NCBI GenBank assembly: GCA_028876395.1
Contig: JAGWRX010000025.1
Span: 4,789-68,788, forward strand
Reading direction: 5' to 3'
From: Acidobacteriota bacterium
GTDB taxonomy: Bacteria > Acidobacteriota > Terriglobia > Terriglobales > Acidobacteriaceae
DNA length: 64,000 nucleotides
Position 1 is the stretch's first letter. Every line of letters starts with the position of its first letter. The notes below the pieces were generated by a model. That model was given only the letters and a program-made list of their open reading frames with translations, ran no database searches and had not been told where the DNA came from. Made by a program: the position numbers and the translations under genes. Below are positions 30,501 to 40,501 of this stretch, in pieces.

Positions 30501-30766
30501 GAGTACACATACTCGACTCCCGGAATCTGGTGCACCAGCGTTTCTATCGGCAGCGTGACGCGCTGCTCAATCTCCGCCGGAGACGCGCCAGGCATGGCCG
30601 TGGCAATGTCCAGCATGGGGACGAGTATCTGCGGCTCTTCTTCGCGCGGAATGATCGCCACTGCAAAGATGCCCAGAGCCAGCGACGCTGCGATGAACAG
30701 CGGCGTCAGCTTGGAGTTGAGAAATGCGTGCGCCAGCTTTCCGGCCAGCCCGAGATTCTGTGTCAT
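27521..30766 (-). CDS. RND efflux permease (AcrB/AcrD/AcrF family)
   Basis: 1081 aa; [43 protein letters not shown]. Confidence 0.95.
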   Translation of the reverse strand: MTQNLGLAGKLAHAFLNSKLTPLFIAASLALGIFAVAIIPREEEPQILVPMLDIATAMPGASPAEIEQRVTLPIETLVHQIPGVEYVYSTSSPGQSLVIVRFLVGTPQEDALIKVYSKLYSNFDQMPPGISQPLIKARSIDDVPILALTLWGDHYNGYQLRAIADEVQHNIKQISDVSETTIIGGLPRSMRVVLSTAKLSAYGLSPMAIAGHLQAANASVQAGSFAENNQEIRVDAGNLFTSRKDLESVVVAVDHGRPVYLRDVADNIIDGPEEPANYVLFGTTNASAGPHHAPSQYPAVTITVAKRKGTNATDIANEALRRVHEMQGVQIPSDVTVTTTRNYGETAKAKSDELLEHLLLATLSVTLLIALFLGWRESGVVLLAIPVTLALTLAIFYFLGYTINRITLFALIFSIGILVDDAIVVVENIVRHFRLPENQHRSCNDVAVEAVAEVGNPTILATFAVLAAVLPMAFVRGLMGPYMRPIPVGASAAMLFSLLVAFVVSPWAALRLLGKHLAGARILEPEHENWRTRLYRKVMTPLIASTRNRILFFAGVLILLVISVALVPLGLVRVKMLPFDNKSELQVVINMPDGTPLEQTARVTQALGDELSRQPDVLNYQTYAGTSGPYNFNGLVRHYYMRRMANQADIQVNLLPAKQRKDQSHTIAKRLRPLLLAIGNQYGARIQVSEVPPGPPVIQTLVAEVYGPDMDGQVRVAQQIKSIFQHTPGVVDTDWYVEDPQPRLAIHVDEVKAAQHGIAVSDVAHALALATSGRQVGLLHDQTAREPVPTVVELARPDRSSLQALESIRLPGADGSMVSLRELVTAENETIQRSIYHKNLRRVVYVTGDVAGAEESPVYAILKMNKDLDHLTLPAGYTLTRYNAVLPESTTHYSMKWDGEWQITIEVFRDLGLAFAAVLILIYVLVVGWFRSFIVPLIIMAPIPLTLVGILPAHAMLGAFFTATSMIGFIAGAGIIVRNSIILVDFIELRWRQGVPLSQAVIDAGAIRFRPMLLTAAAVVVGASVILTDPIFQGLAISLIAGAVASTFLSWPTIPILYYIVHSHMKPEIACEPSSEKGENQ

Positions 30767-31875
30767 GGCTGGACCTCGATGCGCTTGCCGGACAGTTCGC
30801 GGTCGGCTGGATCATCCACCAGCTTCTCGCCCTGCGAGATGCCCGAAAGCACTTCAACCAGATCGCCATGCGCCGCGCCCAGCGTCACATACCGCAGCTG
30901 CGCAATGCCGTTGCTGTCGAGTACATACGCACAGGCCAGCGAGCCGCGAAGAACAACGGCGGATCGTGGAACGAGAATCGCCTGGCGCGTGCCGGTCGCG
31001 ATGTCCGCCGTTCCATACATGCCCGCGTGCAGCTGGGCCGAGGGCGGAAGATTGACCTTGATCAGGAAGCTGTGGCTCGCAGGATCAGCGGCCGGAACGA
31101 TCTCGGCAACCGTGCCGGAGATGTCCGCAGCCTGTGTTCCGGTTACCGTTACGTGCATCTTCATCCCCTTGTGAATCGCGCCGATGACCGACTCATCCAC
31201 ATTGGCCTGCAGTTGCAGCGGACCGGCGCTGTCAATCTGAAGCAGAGGCACGCCCGGCGAAGCCAGCGTGCCCGGATCGGCCATGCGCGCCGTAACCACT
31301 CCGGCAAAAGGAGCGCGCAGGCGCGTGTAGCCCAGCATGGCGCGCGCACTGGCCTCCTGAGCCTTGGCCGCGTCGCTCTGTTTGCGCATGGCATCCACGC
31401 CTTGCGCGGCTGAGGTGGCTCTCTGCGTCACCTCATCCATTTCCTGCGGGCTCACGCTCTTCTGCGCCTGCAGCTGCTTGTAGCGGGCAAGCGTGCTTGC
31501 GGCCAGGCTGGCGCCGGACTGCGCCGCTGCCTGCTGATTCTCAGCGGCCGCCACGGCGGCCTGCGCCTGATCCACGGCGGCGCGCAGCGTGGCATCGTCC
31601 AGCACGGCCAGAGACTGCCCCGCCTTGACGTTGTCGCCTTCGCGCACCAGCACCTGCTGGATGCGGCCCACCACCTGCGCGGAGACAACCGCCGTCTCGT
31701 GCGCATGCAGCGTGCCCGCGGCGCGCACGGTCACTGGCGCCTCCTGCTGGCGGCTCTCAACAACGCGCGCCTGCATGGTCTGCGTTACCCCGGGCCCGAC
31801 TGGCTCGCCCGAATGGCACCCACCAAGAATCGCCGTGGAGGCTGCGATTAAACAACCAGACAAGATGAGCTTCAT
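30763..31875 (-). CDS. RND periplasmic adaptor (MFP), lipoprotein
   Basis: ILGGC lipobox; [27 protein letters not shown]; ATGA coupling to TolC. Confidence 0.92.
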   Translation of the reverse strand: MKLILSGCLIAASTAILGGCHSGEPVGPGVTQTMQARVVESRQQEAPVTVRAAGTLHAHETAVVSAQVVGRIQQVLVREGDNVKAGQSLAVLDDATLRAAVDQAQAAVAAAENQQAAAQSGASLAASTLARYKQLQAQKSVSPQEMDEVTQRATSAAQGVDAMRKQSDAAKAQEASARAMLGYTRLRAPFAGVVTARMADPGTLASPGVPLLQIDSAGPLQLQANVDESVIGAIHKGMKMHVTVTGTQAADISGTVAEIVPAADPASHSFLIKVNLPPSAQLHAGMYGTADIATGTRQAILVPRSAVVLRGSLACAYVLDSNGIAQLRYVTLGAAHGDLVEVLSGISQGEKLVDDPADRELSGKRIEVQP

Positions 31876-33254
31876 TGCAAATCCTCCGCCGCATCGGGAG
31901 TCAGAGTCCCTGTCGCGAAAAGTAGTTGGGCATAGGCCACTGTGTTGCCATAAACAGCGCGCCAATAGTTTGACTGGCTCTGCCGCTCGGCATCCTCGGC
32001 ACGAAGAAGATCCGTGATGGTTGCGAGCCCCGCGCCATAGCGGTTGCGCAGGATACGCAGGCTCTCAGCCGCTTGATCCATGGCCGCGCGCGCGGTGTCG
32101 AGAGAAAGCAGCGCCGTCTGCTGCTGAATGTGCGCCTGGCTTACTTCAAGGCGGACATGCTGCTGGTACGCCAGCACCTGCGCGTCGATCCTCTGCTTGG
32201 CCGCGGTCTCGCGCGCCAGTTGGGCGCGCTTGCTCATCGGGAAGATATCGATGCTGAGCTGCGCGCCGGCGACCCAGTTGTTCCCGCCCGATCCGGCAAA
32301 TGTGGGACGGTCGGTTTCCCAGTTGCCATAGGCGCTGATGCGCGGGCCAAAGTCCGACTTCGCCGCTCCCACCGCAGCGGCCTGCGCGGATTGCGCCTGC
32401 CCCAGCGCGGTCAGGTCAGGACGGGTCTTCGTGGCAGTGGCAATTTCCTCGGCAAGATCGGTCTGGGGAAACTGGTGTTGCTCAATGGGCTTGAGCTGCG
32501 TCGATTGCAGATCCGGAGCGCCCATGGCCAGGCGCAACTCGGCCCATGCCAGTTCCAGTCCGCCCTGCGCCGCAATCAGCTCCTGCTTGCGCGCAGCCAC
32601 ATTCACCTGGGCCGACATGCGGTCCGACTCCACCGCAAGCCCCGCCTTCACCCGATCATCAACCGAGTTCAGCAGCGCGGCGGCTGTTTCCTGTTCATGC
32701 TGCGCAACGTCAACCTGCCGCTCGGCATACAGCACCGACTGATACGCCTGCACCACGTCGAGAACAATCTTCTGGTTCACGGCCTTTGCGGAAGAGTCGG
32801 CGCTCTGCTTCATCAGGTCCGCGCTGCGAATCGTTATTTGCGTCCTGAACGAGTCGAACGCCATCCACTGGCCAGAGAATCGCGAAGCAAAGTTGCCGAT
32901 GGGCTGAGGCCGGTTCAGGGCGTTCAGTGCAAAGTCAGCCTGCGTGAACTGCCGCTGCCGGAGCCGCGTGCCGAAGGCATACACGGGGTCGTTTCCGCGC
33001 GAAATGTCTTCAGTAAAGTTCAGTTGCGGCAGCAGTTGCGTGCGGGCCAGAGATGTGCCCGCCCTCGCTTCCTGATTGCCGGCGCGGGCTATTGCGGCTT
33101 CAGGGCTTTGCCCCAGGGCCTGCTGGATGGCTGCCCGAAGCGTAAGCGGTTGCTGCGCAAAAGCAGCCGTGGCAGCCACCGAAACCAGAAACGCCAGAAT
33201 CGGCGCTCGACGCCAGCGCAATCCGGTATGGTGAATGGTTCTTGGAGTGTTCAT
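31872..33254 (-). CDS. TolC family outer membrane efflux protein
   Basis: LTLRAAIQQAL, LLPQL, RYGAGLATITDLL repeats; start uncertain (33254-33272). Confidence 0.92.
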   Translation of the reverse strand: MNTPRTIHHTGLRWRRAPILAFLVSVAATAAFAQQPLTLRAAIQQALGQSPEAAIARAGNQEARAGTSLARTQLLPQLNFTEDISRGNDPVYAFGTRLRQRQFTQADFALNALNRPQPIGNFASRFSGQWMAFDSFRTQITIRSADLMKQSADSSAKAVNQKIVLDVVQAYQSVLYAERQVDVAQHEQETAAALLNSVDDRVKAGLAVESDRMSAQVNVAARKQELIAAQGGLELAWAELRLAMGAPDLQSTQLKPIEQHQFPQTDLAEEIATATKTRPDLTALGQAQSAQAAAVGAAKSDFGPRISAYGNWETDRPTFAGSGGNNWVAGAQLSIDIFPMSKRAQLARETAAKQRIDAQVLAYQQHVRLEVSQAHIQQQTALLSLDTARAAMDQAAESLRILRNRYGAGLATITDLLRAEDAERQSQSNYWRAVYGNTVAYAQLLFATGTLTPDAAEDLQ

Positions 33255-33527
33255 GCAACACATAAGAGTCACCCCGGCGACAATTCGTTACATACGGCGC
33301 CCAAAAAATCTGGCCCGCATGAATGGAACGTCATCTTGTGGGGGAAGTGTGACGTCCAGAATCGAACGGCCGTGGATATTATGCTCCCGAAAATGAATTT
33401 CGGGGGGAGCGCGGTCGGGATTGGGGAACGGCGCGATGTTCTTCAGACTGGTTTGTTGCAGCCCTGAGCGGCCCGCAAGTTGCTGTGCGGAATTCCGCGT
33501 GGAGCCCATCGGCCTGTGAACAGCGAA

Positions 33528-35387
33528 TCAGGTGCCTGGGCGCGAGAGATTTGCAGACGTGCTGTTTTCCTCAAGCAGAAGGATCAGCCCCGGATCAATC
33601 TGAATCTGCCAGGGCTGCTGCTGAACGCTCAGCGTACGCCATTGATCCTTGGGAATATCCGCCTGAAGATGGTGAGGCTCGCCGGGCTGCGGTGGATGGT
33701 GCAGGCGAAGATAGAGCGTCATTTCATGCGGCGCCTCGCTGGTTTCAACCAGCCAGCACGGGAAGATGTTGTCGCCGGCCGCATTCTGCTGGAAGCGAAA
33801 ATGATGTGAGCGATAACCCGCGTGGGTGATTGAGCCGGAGACGGGCGCAGCCAGCGCCAGGCTGCAGTTCCAGGCATCGACCGCAATCCTGCCTGCGTCG
33901 ATTGCGCGCGCCGCGGCGATATTCTTGCAGCCGGTCAGGCGCGCTGAAACCACGGTGCGCGGCTGCTCAAACAGAGCATGCTTCGGCCCGGACGCAATCA
34001 CGCGTCCCTCGTCCAGCACCAGCAGCTCCGCGCAGAAGCGGAAGGCCTCCTCCATGTCGTGCGTTACAAAAACCACCACGCCGTTATAGCTGGCCAGCGC
34101 CTCGCGAAGCTGCCCTTCCATTTGCCGGCGCAGATGCGGATCAAGCGCTGCGAATGGCTCATCGAGGAGCAAGGCATCCGGTTGGATCGCCAGGCAGCGC
34201 GCGATAGCCACACGCTGCCGCTGCCCGCCGGATAACTCGCCGGGATAGCGCGCCCCTAGATCGGCGATATGCATTCGATCCAACTGCTGCCGCACACGCC
34301 CGCGGCGTTCCCCTTCCGGCAAAGCATGCAGGCCAAATGCGACATTCTCCGCCACGGTCATGTGCGGAAAGAGCGCGTAGTCCTGGAACACCACGCCAAT
34401 GCGCCTGCGCGCCGGAGGTATGTGTATACCGGAGGCACTGTCAAACAATGTCTTTCCATTGAGCGCAATGCGTCCACGGTCCGGAATCGCGACACCGGCG
34501 ATGAGACGCAGGGTCATTGACTTGCCCGCGCCGGAGGCGCCGAGCAGTCCCAACGCGCCGCGGCCCGCGTGGAACTGAACTTGCAGCGTGAAATTATCCA
34601 GCGTTTTCTCAACGTCGATCTCTAGCGTCGCTGACGGCTTGCCGTCTTCAGGTGTGCGCGGCTCCTCTGCGATTCGAGCAGCCGCTTCCAACGGCAGTGT
34701 GTCTGCCGGCGCGGCTGGCTGCCACGCTCTGCGTGCCGCACCCTGCCGATTGAGAAGACGAATAATGGCCAGCGAGAGCGCAACAATAAACACCACCCAT
34801 ACGATCGCCGCATGCATATCGTCCCGCTCCACGGCAGAGAAGATGGCGATGGGCATGGTCTGCGTGCGTCCGGGAATATTGCCGGCCAGCATCAGCGTGG
34901 CGCCAAACTCGCCCAGAGCGCGAGCGAAAGCCAGCACAGCTCCCGCAACCACGCCTGGGCTCGCTAGCGGCAACAGCACGCGACGGAAGACGCGCCACTC
35001 CGATGCGCCAAGCGTGCGCGCAGCCTGCAACAGCGTGGGGTTCACCTGCTCCAGCGCGCCCAGTGCCGTGCGGTACATCAGCGGGAATGCAACCACGGTT
35101 GCGGCGATCACCGTTGCAGGCCATGAGAAGACGATGGTGACGCCGATTTGCTCAAGCAGATGACCGATCGGGCCATGGCGACCGAAGATCAGCAGCAGAA
35201 AGAACCCCACCACCGTGGGCGGCAGAACCAGCGGAAGCGTAAGAATCCCGTCGATCCAGGGACGCATCGCGCTCTGGGACGCGTACATGAGCCTGGCCGC
35301 AAGCAGGCCCAGGAAAAACGTGGCGATCGTGGCCGCGCACGTAGTGGCCAGCGAGATAGCCAGCGGAGATGGGTCAATGGCATACAT
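33528..35387 (-). CDS. modBC: Fused molybdate ABC permease and ATPase (ModB-ModC)
   Basis: N-half LPLVLPPTVVG, AFARALGEFGAT; C-half GASGAGKS, FQDYALFPH, LSGGQRQR, LLLDEPF. Confidence 0.92.
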   Translation of the reverse strand: MYAIDPSPLAISLATTCAATIATFFLGLLAARLMYASQSAMRPWIDGILTLPLVLPPTVVGFFLLLIFGRHGPIGHLLEQIGVTIVFSWPATVIAATVVAFPLMYRTALGALEQVNPTLLQAARTLGASEWRVFRRVLLPLASPGVVAGAVLAFARALGEFGATLMLAGNIPGRTQTMPIAIFSAVERDDMHAAIVWVVFIVALSLAIIRLLNRQGAARRAWQPAAPADTLPLEAAARIAEEPRTPEDGKPSATLEIDVEKTLDNFTLQVQFHAGRGALGLLGASGAGKSMTLRLIAGVAIPDRGRIALNGKTLFDSASGIHIPPARRRIGVVFQDYALFPHMTVAENVAFGLHALPEGERRGRVRQQLDRMHIADLGARYPGELSGGQRQRVAIARCLAIQPDALLLDEPFAALDPHLRRQMEGQLREALASYNGVVVFVTHDMEEAFRFCAELLVLDEGRVIASGPKHALFEQPRTVVSARLTGCKNIAAARAIDAGRIAVDAWNCSLALAAPVSGSITHAGYRSHHFRFQQNAAGDNIFPCWLVETSEAPHEMTLYLRLHHPPQPGEPHHLQADIPKDQWRTLSVQQQPWQIQIDPGLILLLEENSTSANLSRPGT

Positions 35388-36202
35388 TATTGTGACGCCA
35401 TGGTAAATCCATGCTTCACGAAGATGGCCTTTGCCGTCGGGGTACTGAGATACTCCGCAAACGTGCGTGCGCCTGCTTCGTTGCGTCCGCTGCGAATGGC
35501 CGCTTCAGGATAGACGATCGGGTCGTGCGTTCCCTCCGGCGCTGCGGCCACAACGCGCACTTTGCCGGATACCAGCGCATCCGTCGCGTAGACGATGCCC
35601 GCGTCAGCATTGCCCGTTGCGACGTAGGCCAGCACCGCCCGCACGTCCCCGGCCAGCACCAGCTTTGCGCGCACCGCGTCAAGAAGATGCAGAGCTGCCA
35701 GGGTCTGCTGTCCATACCTTCCTGCCGGGACGCTGCCCGGATCGCCAAGCGCGATGGTTCGCACAGACTCTCCCGCAAGCTGCTGAAAGCTGTGCAGTGT
35801 GGAGTCGCGCGGAGCGACGAGCACGAGCGTATTGCGAAGCAGGTTGCGCCGCGTCTCCGCGATGATCAGCCCGCGCGCCTCCAATTCATCCATGGGCTCG
35901 GCCGCGGCAGAGAGAAAGACGTCCACCGGCGCGCCGTGCTCAATCTGCTGCGCAAGCGTGCCGGAGGATCCGAAGTTATTGCGCACGGACACGTCAGGAT
36001 GCTCGCGCTGATACACCGCTTCGACCTCCTGAATGGCATCGCCGAGGCTTGCAGCCACTGAAACCGTGAGCACCGTGCGATGCTGGGTGCGGCAGGCGCT
36101 CAGTGCGCAGACCAAAGCAAGAAGGAGGCCCGCACGCAGGCGCCGCCATCCGGCGCAGTGCGCGTGTAAGCGCTGATTCATCTCTCGCCTCTGCCGCAGC
36201 AT
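35387..36202 (-). CDS. modA: Molybdate ABC substrate-binding protein
   Basis: VAASL, FGSSGTLAQQIEHGAPVDVFLSA, SVPAGRY, DAGIVYATD; lipobox LSAC. Confidence 0.95.
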   Translation of the reverse strand: MLRQRREMNQRLHAHCAGWRRLRAGLLLALVCALSACRTQHRTVLTVSVAASLGDAIQEVEAVYQREHPDVSVRNNFGSSGTLAQQIEHGAPVDVFLSAAAEPMDELEARGLIIAETRRNLLRNTLVLVAPRDSTLHSFQQLAGESVRTIALGDPGSVPAGRYGQQTLAALHLLDAVRAKLVLAGDVRAVLAYVATGNADAGIVYATDALVSGKVRVVAAAPEGTHDPIVYPEAAIRSGRNEAGARTFAEYLSTPTAKAIFVKHGFTMASQ

Positions 36203-36272
36203 TTCTGCAATCTCCTATCTCCCGATAGCTTACTTTGTACCCGCGATGACATCAGGCACCCAGTTGCTGGGA

Positions 36273-37193
36273 TTAAAACGGCATGCGTACCGTGAGGACG
36301 AGATTGTGATTGCTGGTATGAAAATGAGTCAGCGCGATTTGTTCACCCGCGCCAAATGTCAAGCCCAGCCGGCCAGGCCTGCCGCCGGCATCGTGCGTCA
36401 GTGGAATGCGACCGATGACCATGCCGGGCGTGATGAAGGTTGTCGCTTTGCCATCGGATGCCCCGCCCATGAAGAAGCTTGAGTTGAACTCCACCTCTGG
36501 CCAGAAGAAGCGCGCAGGCCCGGTCCTGCCCAGGTGAAACTGCGCGACGTTATTCCAGGCGACGGTGTGGCCGAGGCCGCGGGCGTTGCTCACGGGAAGC
36601 GACCCTCCCGCGGTTGAGGTCAGCGCCAGCAGGCCAAAGCCCTTGCCCACCGCCAGAGCCGGTGTGACGATGGCACAGCAACTTCCGTTTCCGTTCTTCC
36701 CTGTGGGAACACTTGCTCCAAGAAACGCTGTGACGATGGCATTGCCGTGTTCTTCGTTGCGCGCGAAGATGCGGTACTTCGAAAGAAACGACACGTCGCC
36801 AAAGCCGTCGTTCGATTTGGGCGCCAGATGGTTGAAAAATGGAGGCAGATTGAAGAGCAGCTCGATGTGGCGCTGCGGAATCAGTTCCAGTCCCTTGCCG
36901 TTGTCGTAATTCCACGTGTGGTAGCCCGCGCTGCTCGTCTGACGCACAAAATCGGTGCGAAGCTCCTGCTCCAGGCGCGGCGTTACGGTGACCAGCGGAG
37001 TGATCCAGTGAGGCTGCTCGTTCTGCGTCGCGCTCACCCTGGCCTGATAGCGGGCGATGAAAGAAGAGCCGACGCCCGGCTGCTGCGCGGGCGCGCGCAG
37101 GGGCGAAAAAAGGACAATCGCGATCAGCAGGACAGAAGTCATCCGGGCCCGATGGAGGGCCGGGGTTTTTGTGGGCGGGAATGTTCGCAGCAT
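36273..37193 (-). CDS. Putative outer-membrane beta-barrel (MetA-pathway/transporter family-like)
   Basis: Signal peptide; GFGDVSFLSKYR, alternating hydrophobic strands, C-terminal RMPF. Confidence 0.65.
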   Translation of the reverse strand: MLRTFPPTKTPALHRARMTSVLLIAIVLFSPLRAPAQQPGVGSSFIARYQARVSATQNEQPHWITPLVTVTPRLEQELRTDFVRQTSSAGYHTWNYDNGKGLELIPQRHIELLFNLPPFFNHLAPKSNDGFGDVSFLSKYRIFARNEEHGNAIVTAFLGASVPTGKNGNGSCCAIVTPALAVGKGFGLLALTSTAGGSLPVSNARGLGHTVAWNNVAQFHLGRTGPARFFWPEVEFNSSFFMGGASDGKATTFITPGMVIGRIPLTHDAGGRPGRLGLTFGAGEQIALTHFHTSNHNLVLTVRMPF

Positions 37194-37206
37194 GATTCTA
37201 CGATTC

Positions 37207-37216
37207 TATACGTATA
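37207..37216. promoter_or_regulatory. Candidate operator palindrome TATACGTATA
   Basis: Perfect palindrome overlapping a TAGAAT -10-like hexamer (minus strand) of the mod operon, between it and the TOBE regulator. Confidence 0.4.
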
Positions 37217-37348
37217 AGGTTAGCGATTTTACACATACGTGCCGATTTGCCGGCGGTTGCCGCTTCAATTTCTTTCCCGCCTGGGACGAGGTATATCCTT
37301 GCTGCAAGGCATTCCAGGGCATTAAATGCATGAGGGTGAGGAGGTTAC

Positions 37349-37762
37349 ATGGCTGATGTGGATGTTCTTCTTACACCGAGAGAGGCTGCAGCGGCGCTGG
37401 GCGTGAGCTACCCCGCCATCAAGCAGTGGATTCTCGCCGGCAAACTCAAGACGAGGAAGACGCCGGGCGGTCATCATCGCATACCCCAGAGCGCTCTCAC
37501 GCCGTTGTTAAAGTCGGCGCCCGCAAAGTCGCGCATCGAGTCACGCGCGCGATTCCGCACCGTGAGCGGTCGCAATCAGCTGGTGGGCAAGGTTGTCGAG
37601 GTGAAGATCAGCGGACTGCTCGCAAAGGTGGTTCTGGCCATTGGAGATCAGCAGATTACGTCCATCATCACCGCCGATGCGGCCCGCGAAATGCAACTGC
37701 GCAAGGGCCAGACAGCCGCAGCATTGATGAAGGCGACGGAAGTGATGATCGTTCGGGTATGA
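37349..37762 (+). CDS. Molybdate-responsive regulator (excisionase-type HTH plus TOBE/Mop)
   Basis: LLTPREAAAALGVS...KTPGGHHRI; SGRNQLVGKV...SIIT...ALMKATEV. Confidence 0.9.
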   Translation: MADVDVLLTPREAAAALGVSYPAIKQWILAGKLKTRKTPGGHHRIPQSALTPLLKSAPAKSRIESRARFRTVSGRNQLVGKVVEVKISGLLAKVVLAIGDQQITSIITADAAREMQLRKGQTAAALMKATEVMIVRV

Positions 37763-37929
37763 CGGCGAACCCCGATCGGCACCACCCGGTGCGTCTTGAT
37801 GGATGGCTCGATTCAAATTGACGAGTGTTTTCGCGCTTCCCCGGCAGGCGCGACGGCGGAGCAGTGCAAATCCGCAGGCTGCATGCATGGATTATGATTC
37901 AATCTGTCTGCACTTCCCTTTGAGCGAAT

Positions 37930-39006
37930 ATGACGGAGAAACAGAAGGAAGACGGAGGCTCGAGTCGCTTAACTGAGCGCGACCGTCTTCTGCTCTGGAT
38001 AAGCGGCGCCTGGGTCTTGCCGTTGCTGGGTGTTGCCTTCTGGATCTCTCCCGGCGCCGTGGAGGGCAGGGCGATCCTGCTGGGTGTTGCCATGGTGCTT
38101 GCGCCCATTCCCGCTCTGCTGTTTGCGCGCCGCCAGTGGCGCCGCCTGCTCGCTGAGGTAGCGCAGGCCGAGGAAGTGGCCGCGCAGACCAAGCTGCAAC
38201 TGGAAACAGTGCGTTACCGCACGTCGCGCCTCCGCGAGGAGTTGCAGATGGCCGACCGCCAGGCGCGGCTCTCGCATCAGCTCACGCTGCTGGGCCAGTT
38301 CACGGCTGGATTCATGCACGAGTTCAACAATCCGCTGGCGATTGTTGCCGGCCGGCTTGAGGTGCTGCTGGACGAACGCAAGGACGATGCCCCGCTGTGC
38401 GCCGATCTGCAGCAGATGTTGAATGAGGCGCGCTACATGGGCAACATTGCCCGCACCCTGTTGCAGGCGCTGCGCCGGGAGCGCGGCGGCGAAGTCTTCG
38501 ATGCCTCCCCGCCGCAGAAGGCGCTGGAAGATGCGATTGCGGCTTTCCGGCTTCCGGCAAAAACGCAGGGAGTGCGGCTCGTGGAGTCCATTGGCGAAGC
38601 GCCGCGCGTGGACGTGCCGGAGCATGTTGTGGGCGAGGTGATTCGCGGCCTGCTCAGCAACGCGCTCCAGGTGCTCCAGGGGCGCGAGGATGGTGTTGTC
38701 TGGGTGCGTCTTGAGCCGTATCGCACGGCCGGCGCGAAGGTGGTGGCCAGGGTGGAAGACAACGGGCCCGGAGTGCCGGAAAACATTCGCGCGCATCTGT
38801 TTGAGCCGTTCATTTCGCAAAGCAGCGGGCGGGAGCGCCTGGGGCTCGGGCTGTTTCTGGCAGCCAGCCTGCTGGATATGTATGATGGCCGAATCCGTTA
38901 CGAAACAAGGGACGGCGGAGGCGCCAGTTTTGTGGTCGAGCTGCCCCCGGCGCGATTTACCCGCAGCCAGCCCTATCACTGGTTCGCCGGAGGAGCCCCT
39001 CAGTGA
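37930..39006 (+). CDS. Membrane histidine kinase (NtrB-like) with two TM helices and no large sensor domain
   Basis: HEFNNPL H-box, LLSNALQ N-box, DNGPG, LFEPF, LGLGL. Confidence 0.92.
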   Translation: MTEKQKEDGGSSRLTERDRLLLWISGAWVLPLLGVAFWISPGAVEGRAILLGVAMVLAPIPALLFARRQWRRLLAEVAQAEEVAAQTKLQLETVRYRTSRLREELQMADRQARLSHQLTLLGQFTAGFMHEFNNPLAIVAGRLEVLLDERKDDAPLCADLQQMLNEARYMGNIARTLLQALRRERGGEVFDASPPQKALEDAIAAFRLPAKTQGVRLVESIGEAPRVDVPEHVVGEVIRGLLSNALQVLQGREDGVVWVRLEPYRTAGAKVVARVEDNGPGVPENIRAHLFEPFISQSSGRERLGLGLFLAASLLDMYDGRIRYETRDGGGASFVVELPPARFTRSQPYHWFAGGAPQ

Positions 39007-40400
39007 GCCGCATTCTGGTCATTGACGACGAAGCAGCGCTGGGAGAAAACATCCAGCGGATGCTGCGCCTGCCCGGCGTCTCGGTCTCGACGTTCGTCGA
39101 TCCGGCAAAGGGACTGGCCGAAGCACTGGCGCATCCCCCCGAGCTGGTGCTTCTGGATGTGCGCATGCCTGGCATGTCGGGCGAGGAAGTCTTTGCGCGA
39201 CTGCACGAGGCGCATCCCGGACTGCCCATAGTTTTTCTCACTGCGTTTGGATCGGTGGAAAGCGCCGTGCTGGCCATGCGCAACGGTGCGTTCGATTATT
39301 TGCAAAAGCCCTTCAAGCGCGAAGATCTTCTGCTGGTGGTGAACCGCGCGCTCTCCAACGCCAGGCTGCAGCATGAGGTGCAAACCCTCAAGGGCCGCCT
39401 CGAATCGCTGGGAGAGACTGAGGCCGCGCAGAGCCACAGCCCCGCCATGCTGGAGCAGATGGAGAAATGCCGCCGCGCGGCAGCCACCGACGCGACCGTG
39501 ATGATTCTGGGCGAAAGCGGCACGGGCAAGGAGGTGACGGCCAGGTTCATCCACAGCCAGAGCCGGCGCAAGGAGGGCCCGTATGTGCCGGTGGAGTGCA
39601 GCGCGATGCCCGGATCCCTCATTGAAAGCGAGCTGTTCGGCTATGAGCGCGGGGCCTTCACGGGGGCCGAACGCACCAAGAAAGGCCTCATTGAATCCGC
39701 CGACGGAGGCACGCTGTTCCTGGATGAAATGGGAGACCTGGGCGTGGAGCTGCAGACGCGCCTGTTTCGCTTTGTCGAGGAGCGGGCCCTGCGGCGGCTT
39801 GGCGGGCTCTCGCAGGTGCGCGTCGATTGCCGCATCCTGTGCGCGACCAATCAGGATCTGCCTGCCAAGATCAAAGCCGGCACGTTTCGCGAGGAGCTTT
39901 ACTACCGGCTGAGCGTCGTGACGGTCAAGCTGCCGCCCCTGCGCGAACGGCCTGAGGACATTCCACACCTGGCGCGCTTTTTTCTGGAGCGGTTCTCCCG
40001 CCGCTATGGAAAGATCCTTTCGGGATCGCCGCAGTTCTATGAGGCGCTTCTGCACCAGCGCTGGCCGGGCAACGTGCGCGAACTGAAGAATGTGATGGAG
40101 AGGCTGACGGCGCTGCATCCCGGCGGCGTGTTGGGGCCTGAGGATCTGGAAGAAGACGCACCGCGGCAGGAAGGGCCCAGCCGCCTTTCCGCCCTTCCGT
40201 GGAAGGATGCCCGAGAGCAGTATCTGGCCAGTTTTGAGCGCTCCTACGCGAACGACGTGCTGGCCCGCTGCGGGGGAAACATCAGCGCCGCCGCACGGCA
40301 GGCTGGAATCGATCGCAAGACCTTCTATTCCCTGCTCAAGCGAGAGCGCGAAGCTACTGGGGAATCTATTCCCCAACTAGAGCCGGAAATAGAGGAATGA
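39003..40400 (+). CDS. Sigma54-dependent response regulator (NtrC family)
   Basis: Receiver (VIDDE, LDVRMP), GESGTGKE, ESELFG, GAFTGA, WPGNVREL, Fis-type HTH; GTGA overlap with the kinase. Confidence 0.96.
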   Translation: MSRILVIDDEAALGENIQRMLRLPGVSVSTFVDPAKGLAEALAHPPELVLLDVRMPGMSGEEVFARLHEAHPGLPIVFLTAFGSVESAVLAMRNGAFDYLQKPFKREDLLLVVNRALSNARLQHEVQTLKGRLESLGETEAAQSHSPAMLEQMEKCRRAAATDATVMILGESGTGKEVTARFIHSQSRRKEGPYVPVECSAMPGSLIESELFGYERGAFTGAERTKKGLIESADGGTLFLDEMGDLGVELQTRLFRFVEERALRRLGGLSQVRVDCRILCATNQDLPAKIKAGTFREELYYRLSVVTVKLPPLRERPEDIPHLARFFLERFSRRYGKILSGSPQFYEALLHQRWPGNVRELKNVMERLTALHPGGVLGPEDLEEDAPRQEGPSRLSALPWKDAREQYLASFERSYANDVLARCGGNISAAARQAGIDRKTFYSLLKREREATGESIPQLEPEIEE

Positions 40401-40408
40401 GTTCCCCA
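40358..40408. promoter_or_regulatory. Tandem enhancer (UAS) palindromes for the NtrC-type activator
   Basis: TGGGGAAT-CT-ATTCCCCA (40358-40375) and AGAGGAAT-GA-GTTCCCCA (40391-40408), 33 bp apart. Confidence 0.7.
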
Positions 40409-40458
40409 CATCCAGCAGGATACTTTGCGTAAGTTATTGTAAATAAAGAGAGATGTCT

Positions 40459-40475
40459 TTGGCCTTCCATGTGCA
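40459..40475 (+). promoter_or_regulatory. Sigma54 -24/-12 promoter
   Basis: TTGGCCTTCCATGTGCA: GG (40461-62), N10, GC (40473-74); IHF-like TAAGTTATTGTAA at 40430-40442. Confidence 0.75.
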
Positions 40476-40501
40476 ATAAGCAGGAGTAAGGAGTGCCTCT
40501 C

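Noticed and set aside
37349-37762. Prophage excisionase
   Set aside because: The HTH is fused to a TOBE/Mop domain beside modABC and no integrase or phage genes are adjacent
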